Source of the DNA: an uncultured Pseudomonadales bacterium
GTDB lineage: Bacteria; Patescibacteriota; Microgenomatia; UBA1400; PJMF01
Assembly (NCBI GenBank): GCA_964457085.1
Contig: CAYWDM010000001.1
Coordinates: 242,914 to 306,913 of the forward strand
DNA length: 64,000 nucleotides
Direction: 5' to 3'
Shown here: piece after piece, positions 9,907 to 19,703 of the stretch
Layout of the letters: every line of letters starts with the position of its first letter
Numbering within the stretch: position 1 is the stretch's first letter
Translations under genes and position numbers: made by a program
The notes under the pieces: generated by a model
What the model saw: only the letters and a program-made list of their open reading frames with translations
The model's database searches: none
What the model was told of the DNA's origin: nothing

Positions 9907-10068
9907 ATGCCACAAAACATCTCAAACTTCCAAACCCAACGCAATCGAATAGTCGGCCAAGGGCTTGAACGTGCCACCACCTGGCTAGTGATACTCGGAG
10001 CCAACCTGGTTAAAATTGTCATCGATACCATCACCTATATGGTCAAGATGTTAATGGGCAAATATTAA
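9907..10068 (+). CDS. Small 53-aa hydrophobic protein (MPQNISNFQ...MLMGKY)
   Basis: ATG..TAA ORF filling the gap between tRNA-Gly and tRNA-Phe; below the ORF-track cutoff. Confidence 0.45.
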   Translation: MPQNISNFQTQRNRIVGQGLERATTWLVILGANLVKIVIDTITYMVKMLMGKY

Positions 10069-10078
10069 CTTTTTAAGG

Positions 10079-10151
10079 TGCCAAGCTAAGGAATCGAACC
10101 TTAATGTCATGTTTTTCAGACATGCGCCTTGACCAACTTGGCTAGCTTGGC
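10079..10151 (-). tRNA. tRNA-Phe(GAA)
   Basis: GCCAAGC/GCTTGGC acceptor, CATGT-CTGAAAA-ACATG anticodon arm, TTCGATT T-loop. Confidence 0.93.
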
Positions 10152-10250
10152 ATATCACCTGGACAGAACAGTATTATAACCAACCTCATCGAGTTTGTCA
10201 TACTGAATGTGGGCACGCTGTGATTTTTACTCAAATCTGCATAAAAACGC

Positions 10251-10280
10251 AAAAAGCCCCTTGACTAGCAAAGGGCTTTT
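10251..10280 (-). terminator. Intrinsic terminator
   Basis: AAAAGCCC...GGGCTTTT hairpin with A/T tracts directly after the stop of 10283-10468. Confidence 0.75.
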
Positions 10281-10282
10281 CT

Positions 10283-10468
10283 TTATTCATTGCGATTTTT
10301 GGGTGGACGAGTAGCGATGGTTTCCACCACCACAACTCCAATTGCCCCCAACAAAATCAAAATTCCCAATATTCCTCCAAACACCTCAAGGGGTCCTGGA
10401 TTAAAATTGGATACCTGATCTAGCTGGAAACCAGCTCTTACTAAGAGGGCGATCAGCCACAGAGGCAT
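10283..10468 (-). CDS. Small membrane protein (61 aa)
   Basis: AGGAG SD before ATG 10468, one TM helix, terminator follows. Confidence 0.6.
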   Translation of the reverse strand: MPLWLIALLVRAGFQLDQVSNFNPGPLEVFGGILGILILLGAIGVVVVETIATRPPKNRNE

Positions 10469-10725
10469 ATTTTTTCTCCTTCCATAATGGATTCTCACCA
10501 CTTTCGTGAGTAGAGTAGAACACAGACCTAAAACATCTGAGCTCAAATCTACTCACGTAACTAAAATCGCAACTTGTTAAAGAATGTAGTTTCTTTTGAA
10601 AACCGCTTAAGTCTTCGCGATGAAGACAAGCAAATAACAAAATCCACTAACTACAGCATACCATTAACTAGTCCATTATGCAAATATTATAGGACTATAT
10701 GAATTATAAAAAAGAAACTTGAAAG

Positions 10726-10799
<74 letters not shown>

Positions 10800-10883
10800 G
10801 AATCACTATTCTCGAGGACAATTTTAGCAGATTTATGAAAAGATACACAACAAAAAATACTTTTCCCAAAAAAATTAAGAATG

Positions 10884-11312
10884 TTATTCACTTGGAAACA
10901 GCAACTTAAACCTCTCCTGTAATTCATGTATTTCATCTGAAGACAAGGAATTTTTCACTTTATTGAGTACTTTGTTGAAAACATATGCCGCTTCATCAGC
11001 CACAGCATCGTAAAATTCTTGCTGATTCACTACGTCTTTCAGTTCTGCCTGAAGTGTGGCAAAAGTTGTAGCAACAATTTGATCATTACTGACGTTATTC
11101 GATATTTCACTTAAGAGAGCAGTGACTCGAGCTCTCTCATCACCCTCAACAAGCTTGATGATTCTGACAAAAACTCTCTGAAATACGTTTACAATCAACA
11201 TTTGCACCATTCGTGGTCTCTCTGCCACTGGTTGCTTTGACAACTGTAGTAGGCTTATCAAGAGCAAGTTGTATTTTTCAAAAAATGTAACTTCTGCCAT
11301 ATGCAACTCCAC
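10884..11312 (-). CDS. Hypothetical helical protein
   Basis: 142-aa ORF directly downstream of 11322-11885. Confidence 0.6.
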   Translation of the reverse strand: MELHMAEVTFFEKYNLLLISLLQLSKQPVAERPRMVQMLIVNVFQRVFVRIIKLVEGDERARVTALLSEISNNVSNDQIVATTFATLQAELKDVVNQQEFYDAVADEAAYVFNKVLNKVKNSLSSDEIHELQERFKLLFPSE

Positions 11313-11321
11313 ACTTAGTGA

Positions 11322-11885
11322 CTATTCTGACTTTTCAGCTGTATCTTGATTCAAATCGCCAGCGACCCCTTTGACCTCTGCCTGATTAGCGTGTTCTTCA
11401 TCTCCCTCCGACAATTCCTCTGAGTACCCAAACGCGTTCAATCCTTGTCGCTGGTCATCACTCATCGACTGCCAAACTTTTACCGCAAATGCTTTTTCAA
11501 CTGCTGCTGCCGCAATCTCATATTTTTCCCTCAAAGTACTATTGTATTTTCCAACCAGCTTATCTACACCTAATCCTGCCATTGCACTAGCAAATATTGC
11601 AGCATCAACTCCAACACTGTTTTCAGACAAAAAATGAGCTGCTAGTAAAACAAGATAAGTGGATGCGGATGTAAGCCAACCAAACAAACCTGCAGGTAGT
11701 TCACTCTTATTAAATAGTTCCCTAAACAGCACATCAGTTTCATGGTCCAGCTCACGCATCACCTCGCCAAGCTGTCCTTCAATATTTTCCAACCCCTCAG
11801 GGTACAAACTCTCAATTATTCCAATGTTAAACCATGCTGGGGGAATAGCTACGTCAATTTTTTGAGTTGCTGTTGTTTCTGTCAT
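11322..11885 (-). CDS. Hypothetical membrane protein
   Basis: 187-aa ORF with central hydrophobic hairpin and acidic tail. Confidence 0.65.
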   Translation of the reverse strand: MTETTATQKIDVAIPPAWFNIGIIESLYPEGLENIEGQLGEVMRELDHETDVLFRELFNKSELPAGLFGWLTSASTYLVLLAAHFLSENSVGVDAAIFASAMAGLGVDKLVGKYNSTLREKYEIAAAAVEKAFAVKVWQSMSDDQRQGLNAFGYSEELSEGDEEHANQAEVKGVAGDLNQDTAEKSE

Positions 11886-12150
11886 GCTTCAATCAAGTCA
11901 CTTATCACCACACTTGAGTTCTATTAGCTCATAGTACTCGTGTTCATTTTCACAGTCAAGAATGCCATTATACAAATTAGAATGGAGGTAAACGAATCTG
12001 TCAAAAAATCGACCACTGACATCTAAAATACAGCCAAACATCTTGCTAGTATGGTAGTATTTAATCTGCCCAGAAAAACTTATATCATCAAATAACCTTT
12101 AAAATTCATCTATATCATCAGAGATTGATGGTCACTATAATCTCAAGTAG

Positions 12151-14601
12151 ATGCAAGAATCTGATCGACGATCAATTGAAAAACACCCTGATAATGTGGT
12201 TGAAGCCGTCAGATTTTTAGATGGTGAAGGCAAACTGCTTGATCCATATCTCGCAGAGGTTCTCAGAAAACAAATTCAACAATTCATTAAACATGATGAG
12301 GTGCTTCGACAACGTGGCTGGCTATTCAATGCAGTTTTACCCTCAAGTTATACAGCTCGGGGAGAACGAAATAATCTACGGCAACAAATTGAAATTAAAT
12401 TAGATGCATTTCGAAACATGGTTGCCATGTTCGAGAGTATCGAAAGTTTGCCTCGTGCCGCTACAGAAATGGCCAAATGGGGTGCAGAAGAACTCATCTT
12501 ACCCTTTCTCAAACCAGCACTTGAAGGAGATTCAGATGCCGATGATGCTTTTGTATCCAATCGAGAAATTTGGTTTAAGGGTCTAGAGAGAATGATGAGA
12601 GCTTCACAAGCCTGGCGGATGCTACTGCAAGCCAATGAAAAAATTAATAATGGGAACGGCTCAACTATTGCACTCGGAGGTCTGGAAACCAAACAAAAAT
12701 TCGTTACCGCAGTCTATGCACTCATGGATTCTAAAAACTCTCCAGCCTTCGCAGACTTCAAAAAATTAATTGATCAATTTTTTGTTCCAGAAGGATTGGA
12801 GCCGTTCTACCGAACAGCTAAATTGGTGAGTGTTAAAGCAATGCTAATGGGCAAGTCTAAAAAAATAAGTCCCACTGATGCTGCCATTCAATTTGCCCAA
12901 GAACACGGAGTGAGGGCTCAAAATGATGGCTTAACAGACCCCAATCCAGAAACTGAAGTTAATGAAGTGTATGATCCACTTTTTTATGAATATCTTTGGA
13001 TGGTGGTCAATGGTGAGACAACACCATATATGTTGGGTCTTTCTAAACAACTAAAAGAGGCTGGACGTCGAGCCGATGCAAGCGAAGCCGATATGTTTCA
13101 ACCAAAAATCTGGCTTGGACCAGCTACAGAAAGTGACGTAACCGTAAATAGAGCAACAGAAGTTGGTGAGATGCTGAGAGTCGATTTTTCTACAACAGCT
13201 TCGGACAACGACTGGATGGATGCTCGACTCAATGACATTGCAGTTGATACTGCACTAGAAAACGAAAAAAAACCAGAGCAGGAGGGTGCTATCTGGCTCG
13301 CAATCGAAGTTGACCTAAACGAAGTGCTCGGACCCAATAGTGCCTTCGCTTGGTATATAAAAACTATCGGAGCAGTCGAAAAACCACTATTGCAACTAGG
13401 AGTGCCCATATCCATATCAGAAGCTAAAATACTTATCAAATCTCCACAACAAAAAAATCCGGATGAAATTAGGCGAGCAATTATTGATGCTTGGATTAAC
13501 CGTGACGTCGGAGCGTTGCTGTGGCATGGTTTTGGTGCTGAAGACGAAGTCTTTATGACCTCAGGCTGGGCGTCAACAGCCTTCAATACGTTAATTCCTG
13601 ATGGCACAGGTGCACATGGTCAGCGAATTACAAAGGAAGCACTACAACAAGGCGAGTTGGCAGCGTGTTTAAAGGGTAGACTCACCGGTGGAATCCTAAA
13701 TGTGCTTGGAAGTCGTGAGACAGGCACTGAGGTTGAAGGCAAGCAAGGTCATCTCGACAGTGCAGGATCGATGGAGCGTGCAGCCTGGTATGTTTTAGAA
13801 ATGAGTCGAGCACTAGGATTATTACCAGGTCAATTTGAAAAGATTCTCACGATCATGTATGGCCACTCGATGGGCGGCCAAATAGCACTTCGGGTAAGAG
13901 CAGGTTTATTGCCTGAAACTGTCAGAGATAAAGTCCATATTATTGCTGCTACACCAGTCTCAACTGCTTCACATAAAATTGACACGTTTCTACATGAAGG
14001 CTTAAATGTTTTGGCAAAAATTGTGATTAGCACTAGGCCAGGCAATTTTGGAGAGATTTTGGCAAAACTTGGCGAGTTGATGCACATAGATGCAAAGATT
14101 ATTAAAGATATGATTCGGCCAAAGGATAATAAGCCCTATGGAGTTGATTTGCATGAGACAACATCAGTTGAGCATTCGCATCGAAAAACCTACAAGAACG
14201 CTGTGGCTTACCTAAAAAACCAAATGAAAAATATCTCTGAATCAAACCAAGCATTTGCCCAAAGAGTGATTGATGAATTATTGGTAACATCAGGTGTTGC
14301 AGGTGGTGACAATTTAACCATTCTTATTGGTTGGCTCGATAAAGTGCTTGATCCAAAACTCATGCTCAAAAACTTCGACGATCACGAGCTGGTATATCAG
14401 AAACAACTCGACCTCTTAGTTAATGACTGGCTTGCTATTTTGCAGTCATGGATGCAGCAACAGGCTACTGCAAAACGAGACTGTAAACTGCCTGAAATCA
14501 TCATTGGCAAATTTGCACACTATTTGAATGTTAATAAAACAGGTCGCGATACGCTCGGAGCTGTCTTTGCTGGTCTAGTAAGAAAATACGGATTTGAGTA
14601 A
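12151..14601 (+). CDS. Large protein with C-terminal alpha/beta-hydrolase-like domain
   Basis: 816 aa; LLWHGFG and GHSMGG nucleophile-elbow motifs. Confidence 0.65.
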   Translation: MQESDRRSIEKHPDNVVEAVRFLDGEGKLLDPYLAEVLRKQIQQFIKHDEVLRQRGWLFNAVLPSSYTARGERNNLRQQIEIKLDAFRNMVAMFESIESLPRAATEMAKWGAEELILPFLKPALEGDSDADDAFVSNREIWFKGLERMMRASQAWRMLLQANEKINNGNGSTIALGGLETKQKFVTAVYALMDSKNSPAFADFKKLIDQFFVPEGLEPFYRTAKLVSVKAMLMGKSKKISPTDAAIQFAQEHGVRAQNDGLTDPNPETEVNEVYDPLFYEYLWMVVNGETTPYMLGLSKQLKEAGRRADASEADMFQPKIWLGPATESDVTVNRATEVGEMLRVDFSTTASDNDWMDARLNDIAVDTALENEKKPEQEGAIWLAIEVDLNEVLGPNSAFAWYIKTIGAVEKPLLQLGVPISISEAKILIKSPQQKNPDEIRRAIIDAWINRDVGALLWHGFGAEDEVFMTSGWASTAFNTLIPDGTGAHGQRITKEALQQGELAACLKGRLTGGILNVLGSRETGTEVEGKQGHLDSAGSMERAAWYVLEMSRALGLLPGQFEKILTIMYGHSMGGQIALRVRAGLLPETVRDKVHIIAATPVSTASHKIDTFLHEGLNVLAKIVISTRPGNFGEILAKLGELMHIDAKIIKDMIRPKDNKPYGVDLHETTSVEHSHRKTYKNAVAYLKNQMKNISESNQAFAQRVIDELLVTSGVAGGDNLTILIGWLDKVLDPKLMLKNFDDHELVYQKQLDLLVNDWLAILQSWMQQQATAKRDCKLPEIIIGKFAHYLNVNKTGRDTLGAVFAGLVRKYGFE

Positions 14602-14619
14602 TTTCAAATTGTCTGCACT

Positions 14620-16419
14620 CTATGTTCCCACAAGTTCTACGAGCATTGCATAGTCGATAGCATTAATTTTGCCGTCGTGGTTGAGATCTGCGTCAGGCAA
14701 AGTTGAAACCGGTCGCAAGTATACGGATATTAATAAACCAACATCTTGATTTTCCACCTTACCGTCATGGTTGAGATCACCAGTTTTATAGCTTGTGATG
14801 GTGGGTGAAGTAGTTGGTAATGTTGTAGGCGTAGGCGTAGTCGTAGGGGATCCTGAAGGTACTATTGTGGGCACTCCTGGAATAACGGACGTGGGACTCG
14901 GAGCACTTTGAATGGTGGGAGAAGGAGAATTTGGTGTTGAGCTACCAAATTCGTGAGCACCAATATCTGGTGTCGTACGAATAGCTCTAAAGAAGTCTTC
15001 CATAATTACTGGATTTGAGGTCTTGGCTTTGCCTATAGCTGGAGAACCAGATGTAATTCTGAAATAACTTGAGGTTAATTGGCCAGCAGCAAGCGTGCCC
15101 GTACGAGCAAGTAATGGATCTGCATAAATATCGTCCACACCACGCTGATTAGCATTTGCTGGTTGAGATGACCACACGTTATTAGAGAATGCAACACGAC
15201 TGTCAGTAGAACCAAAACCCGTAGTTGAATTGCTTTGGGCAATGATATTATTTTCGAATCGAGTATTTACATGTGGTCCATTTGCTATCGCAATGCTAGT
15301 TGGCGTTCCCAAATTTGAATGGGCATCGAGAAATGTATTGTGTGCAATCAGGGTATCTTGCATGAATCCAGGAGTTCCATAAACAGAATTCTCCCAAAAA
15401 CAGAAGTTGTTTTTAAAACCTTTGACTAAATTATTAATTATGGTGATATTTCTAAGCTCACCATACACAGTTGGAGCACCTTCTTTCATGGTACCTATAC
15501 CAACATTTGGATCACCAATTGCACCATTTCGAGCCCTCTGAAACCTAGGGTCGTTGGTATGATAAACCAAGTTTCTTTGAATAAGCACATCTTTTGAATT
15601 GAGAAAGTAAATGCACGCGGACCAACAATCATAAATAGTGTTGTCTTCAATAACGGTGTTGCTGGTTCTACCATGGATGTTAATTCCTTCACCATATGAC
15701 TGAAATATTTGATTATTTCTGATAGTAATATTTGTGGAGTATGGATAGTCAGAATCAACGTATCCAGCATCGTTGGGATTCTTTGATGGATATGGGCCTC
15801 TCACAGCAATTGAGCCCATCCAATTCTGGTCTCTATACCAAGAACTCCGATAATCATTCACCTTGTTGTTCATCCATAGTCTGCTATTTTCAATGATAAT
15901 GTCATTTGAACTTTGTGCTTCAATCGCACTCAGAGCAGTATCATGAATCCAAATATTTTGGAATGTAACGTGGTGAGAGTCGGCAACATAGATCACTCTC
16001 GTTTCAGAATTTTTAATTTCCAAATTTTTAATTAGTACGTATGAGATATTTCTAAAATTAATAAAGCCATACCATAGTCTGTCAACTGCACTTGTGACAC
16101 TAGCTGGAACAAGTGCTGAACCATCCAAAATTGGTCTTTCGTTCTCGTATCCAGAAATCACAAAATTTTGAGCAGCAGTGCCTGTTTTATCATTCCAAAA
16201 TGTTCTGCCGACATTGTAGGTTCCTGCTCTAATATAGAGAATGTCTCCTGCTACTGATAATTTATTCAATCCAGCTTGGAAAGTAAGGAGTGGCTGAGCG
16301 AGAGTGCCAGGATTAGCATCATTACCGTCTGTAGCTACGTAGAAAGTGGCTGCATGTACACTTGCTGTTGAAAAAAGAATGAGAATAAAAACTAAAAAAG
16401 CTCTAAAAAAAATCTTCAT
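14620..16419 (-). CDS. Secreted right-handed beta-helix (pectate-lyase-like) protein with P/T linker and dockerin
   Basis: Signal peptide, YVATDGND.NPGT, repeated I.NN.I, PDIGAHE, two DLNHDGK EF-hand-like repeats; start by homology to 17534. Confidence 0.85.
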   Translation of the reverse strand: MKIFFRAFLVFILILFSTASVHAATFYVATDGNDANPGTLAQPLLTFQAGLNKLSVAGDILYIRAGTYNVGRTFWNDKTGTAAQNFVISGYENERPILDGSALVPASVTSAVDRLWYGFINFRNISYVLIKNLEIKNSETRVIYVADSHHVTFQNIWIHDTALSAIEAQSSNDIIIENSRLWMNNKVNDYRSSWYRDQNWMGSIAVRGPYPSKNPNDAGYVDSDYPYSTNITIRNNQIFQSYGEGINIHGRTSNTVIEDNTIYDCWSACIYFLNSKDVLIQRNLVYHTNDPRFQRARNGAIGDPNVGIGTMKEGAPTVYGELRNITIINNLVKGFKNNFCFWENSVYGTPGFMQDTLIAHNTFLDAHSNLGTPTSIAIANGPHVNTRFENNIIAQSNSTTGFGSTDSRVAFSNNVWSSQPANANQRGVDDIYADPLLARTGTLAAGQLTSSYFRITSGSPAIGKAKTSNPVIMEDFFRAIRTTPDIGAHEFGSSTPNSPSPTIQSAPSPTSVIPGVPTIVPSGSPTTTPTPTTLPTTSPTITSYKTGDLNHDGKVENQDVGLLISVYLRPVSTLPDADLNHDGKINAIDYAMLVELVGT

Positions 16420-16697
16420 GTGTTGTCCCAAGTGCTTGTAAACCAGTGTAGCATGATTAGATCTGAAAAATCTAAAAACAGCTCGAATCGCCGCAGTTTT
16501 CTCTATGATTTCTTATCAGCAACACTTCATGTTCCTATAAGTTGAGTGATCATTGCGTAGTCGATAGCATTAATTTTGCCGTCGTGGTTGAGATCTGCGT
16601 CAGGCAAAGTTGAAACCGGTCGCAAGTATACGGATATTAATAAACCAACATCTTGATTGTCCACCTTACCGTCATGGTTGAGATCACCAGTTTTATA
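14644..16697. repeat. Duplicated dockerin-coding segment (14644-14790 vs 16551-16697)
   Basis: 147 bp with 2 mismatches by eye. Confidence 0.9.
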
Positions 16698-17592
16698 ACT
16701 GGTAATAACAGTAGGCACAGTAGTTGGTACTCCTGGAATGGAGGTTGGAGTTGGCTGAATAGGAGTTGGGGTCGGTGGAACAGCGGTGGGTGCAATGGTA
16801 GGTGAGATACCGTTTGGATTCCAACCTGACAGTCTAGCCATCAGTACCCAAAAAGCTTTTGCAGCCACAGCAGAACCAGCTGCATTCAGATGTCCTCCGT
16901 CCGAACTATAAGAGCTATGCATAGCTTCATAGCCACCATTTGTAACAGTTTTGCCTTTGCTTTCTATGTCCGCTATATCAAACAGAATTTTATTGTTAGC
17001 TATAGCATAATCACGTACTAGTTTATTAAATCCATCTCTATTGGCATTTCCTGTGGTCATAATTGGCATGGTCCACCATACAAATTTCTTCGAGGGGTAC
17101 GTTTGCTCAAGGTAGAGCATCTTGTCACGGTAATAATTCCAAACTGTGGATGGAGTGGCGTTATCAATGTAGCAGAACTTCATTGTAAAAATATCAAAAC
17201 TATTTAACTGACTTGCAGTCTGTGTGACAAAATCATCTACCTTCTCTTTCCAGCCTGGATTTCCTCTGGATTGAAAAACAAAATTCGTTCTACTATGAGT
17301 ATTGTCTACAAGGCCTGTTAAACCTGAATTAACATTACCTCCAACAGAAGCATGACGAAGCAAAATTAATTTTTTATTTGGGTAACTGTTGGTGAGAGTT
17401 GTGAGTGTTGATGAGGGTATTGAACTGAATTGATCAACGGAGTTGTTGTCAATGATAATAGCAGCAGCATCTACACTGGCAGCAGAGAAGAGAATGAGAA
17501 TAAAAACTAAAAAAGCTCTAAAAAAAATCTTCATGAGTTATCCCAAGTGCGTACAAACCAGTGTAACATGAATAGAACTCAAAAATCTAAAA
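16376..17592. repeat. Duplicated promoter plus signal-peptide segment (16376-16477 vs 17491-17592)
   Basis: About 100 bp, roughly 90% identical by eye, including TGnTACACT extended -10 on the minus strand. Confidence 0.88.
16527..17534 (-). CDS. Secreted SGNH/GDSL-like protein with P/T linker and dockerin
   Basis: Signal peptide, HASVG, KFCYID, LFDIADIES, DGGHLN, two DLNHDGK repeats. Confidence 0.75.
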   Translation of the reverse strand: MKIFFRAFLVFILILFSAASVDAAAIIIDNNSVDQFSSIPSSTLTTLTNSYPNKKLILLRHASVGGNVNSGLTGLVDNTHSRTNFVFQSRGNPGWKEKVDDFVTQTASQLNSFDIFTMKFCYIDNATPSTVWNYYRDKMLYLEQTYPSKKFVWWTMPIMTTGNANRDGFNKLVRDYAIANNKILFDIADIESKGKTVTNGGYEAMHSSYSSDGGHLNAAGSAVAAKAFWVLMARLSGWNPNGISPTIAPTAVPPTPTPIQPTPTSIPGVPTTVPTVITSYKTGDLNHDGKVDNQDVGLLISVYLRPVSTLPDADLNHDGKINAIDYAMITQLIGT

Positions 17593-17633
17593 GGGACAAT
17601 TTGGAGTACGACGAGAATGCCTATTTCACAATA

Positions 17634-17843
17634 TTAATCCGTCACTAGCTTCGCCAAAGCCTCTGCAACATCTTGTGGAACACCATTTTCTTTCATTTTT
17701 TGTACGAGCGTCTGTGTGCTGACACTCTCAGCCCGATTCACCTTACTTTGCAACAACATCAACTGAGCGTCACGAATAGCAATATAGCTATCGACTTGAG
17801 CTTTATTGTATCGAGTTAAAACATCATTTGTGGCTGATTCCAT
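17634..17843 (-). CDS. Small hypothetical protein
   Basis: 69 aa, AAGGA upstream of ATG. Confidence 0.5.
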   Translation of the reverse strand: MESATNDVLTRYNKAQVDSYIAIRDAQLMLLQSKVNRAESVSTQTLVQKMKENGVPQDVAEALAKLVTD

Positions 17844-17928
17844 AGTTTCCTTTGTTATTCAAGTCACTATATCAATTTTTCTCATGAGTTGTTTTCACAA
17901 TTTCAATAATTCATTTTATAGTTACAAA

Positions 17929-18978
17929 TCATTTGGAGATGCTCAACTTGATGGTTTTCAGATCAACAATAAAACCATCAACGGCCTCTAGTTTTGTAGC
18001 CCATGAAGTCACCAACCGAATGCTTGATTTTTCTTCGTCTACCTTTGACCAAACATAAAAGCCATACATAGTTTTAAGTTTTTCAATTAAAGCATTAGGA
18101 AAAATGGGGAAAATTTGGTTGGTTTTAGAATCAGTTAAAAAACCGTATCCCTGCTCTGCAATACCTCGTACTAGTCTGCCTGCCATTTCATCTGCATGTC
18201 GAGCTAATTTAAAATAGAGGTCATTCTTAAACAGTTCCGAGAACTGAATGCCCAAGATTCTACCTTTAGCCAAAAGTGCTCCTCTTTGCTTAAGATGACG
18301 TCTAAAATTTTCTTTTAAATTATTGTTATTAATAACAATAGCCTCACCCAGTAGAGCACCATTTTTAGTACCACCAATATAAAAAATATCGACAAGAGCA
18401 GCTAGCTCTGACAGAGTCATGTCGTAGCTAGTAGAAGCAAGTGCAGAACCCAATCGAGCACCATCAAGATAGAGATACAACTCATTTTGCTTACAGACAT
18501 CAGAAATAGCTTGTAGTTCTTGCTTTGAATATACTGTTCCCACTTCAGTTGAATTGGAAATAAATACTACTCTTGGCTTGACCATATGTTCATCTGAGTG
18601 CTCTGCGCACACGGCTTGAATTTGCTCTGGTCTAATTTTTCCGTCCTGGGTAGATACTGTACAAATTTTATGTCCTGTTGCTTCAATAGCACCGGCCTCG
18701 TGAACAAATATATGTCCCGTATCCACCGCAATAACTGCCTCGAATGGTTTTAAGATTGAAGCCAAAACAATCAGGTTAGCCTGAGTTCCTCCAGAAACAA
18801 AGTGTATGCCGGCGTTAGAATTGCCAACTTTCTCCTTAATAACATTGGCCGCGTTCAGTGAAATACTGTCCTCTCCATACCCTGTTTCTTGAGTGAAGTT
18901 AGTTTGTTGCAGAGCAGCCAGAATGTCAGGATGTGCACCCTCAGAATAATCATTAAAAAAGCTGTATTTGTAATTCAT
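17929..18978 (-). CDS. ltaE: Low-specificity L-threonine aldolase (PLP-dependent)
   Basis: FFNDYSEG, YGED, GGTQAN, HEAGAIEATGHK, LDGAR, GGTKNG. Confidence 0.92.
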   Translation of the reverse strand: MNYKYSFFNDYSEGAHPDILAALQQTNFTQETGYGEDSISLNAANVIKEKVGNSNAGIHFVSGGTQANLIVLASILKPFEAVIAVDTGHIFVHEAGAIEATGHKICTVSTQDGKIRPEQIQAVCAEHSDEHMVKPRVVFISNSTEVGTVYSKQELQAISDVCKQNELYLYLDGARLGSALASTSYDMTLSELAALVDIFYIGGTKNGALLGEAIVINNNNLKENFRRHLKQRGALLAKGRILGIQFSELFKNDLYFKLARHADEMAGRLVRGIAEQGYGFLTDSKTNQIFPIFPNALIEKLKTMYGFYVWSKVDEEKSSIRLVTSWATKLEAVDGFIVDLKTIKLSISK

Positions 18979-18998
18979 AGATGGCGATATTTTACTCG

Positions 18999-19703
18999 TT
19001 ACTCATTTGATTTGTAATAATAATCAATAATACCTTCCGCAAGCACTTCATCCGAGTTAATTACACGCTTACCGAGAACAGTGTAATCAACTGCAAGCGG
19101 CAACTCAGTACATCCAAGAATAATACTCTCAGCTCCCTCAGTGAATAACCTATCAATAACGGCAATGTATTTTTCTTTATTAATGGTATGGTTGCTCCCA
19201 GCAATAACTCCTCTAATTATTTCATCCACGACATGCAATTCTTCAGTTGTGGGAGTTACTAGCTCAATACCCAACTCATTTAGCTTATCGTTGTACAGCT
19301 TTGACTCAACGAGTACAGGAGTTCCCAGTAATCCCATTTTTTTATATCCATATGATGCACATTTGTTAGAAACCAAGTCAATCATGGATAAAAATTCAAG
19401 ATTAGATGATTTTTTTAGTTCGCTCAATAATATATGAACTGTATTTGATGCAATGCATACTCTGTCGACCTGAGATTTAGAAAATCTAATCATACATTGA
19501 TTGAGCATATCTAATGCTTGAGGAACTTTTGATTTGTCCGAAATAAAATCGGGAATTGGCAGGGATTCGATGATGACATGTGGAAAATCATCATTATTCT
19601 CTGCTTTGTATTTACTCTGGGCAAGTTCAATTATCTTCCCATATAAATAGTGTGTAGCCTGTGGACCAACACCACCGACAATGCCAATTGTTTTATTTTT
19701 CAT
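18999..19703 (-). CDS. Aspartate/glutamate racemase family protein
   Basis: IGIVGGVGP, IASNTVH, LLGT, ILGCTELP. Confidence 0.9.
   Translation of the reverse strand: MKNKTIGIVGGVGPQATHYLYGKIIELAQSKYKAENNDDFPHVIIESLPIPDFISDKSKVPQALDMLNQCMIRFSKSQVDRVCIASNTVHILLSELKKSSNLEFLSMIDLVSNKCASYGYKKMGLLGTPVLVESKLYNDKLNELGIELVTPTTEELHVVDEIIRGVIAGSNHTINKEKYIAVIDRLFTEGAESIILGCTELPLAVDYTVLGKRVINSDEVLAEGIIDYYYKSNE

Noticed and set aside
13098-13607. Long antisense ORFs (also 7720-8271, 22333-22809, 49677-50174)
   Set aside because: Fully nested opposite well-supported genes, with shadow-like composition.
14644-16697. Possible DGR template/variable repeat pair
   Set aside because: Only two mismatches, both copies are coding dockerins, and no reverse transcriptase is in the window.
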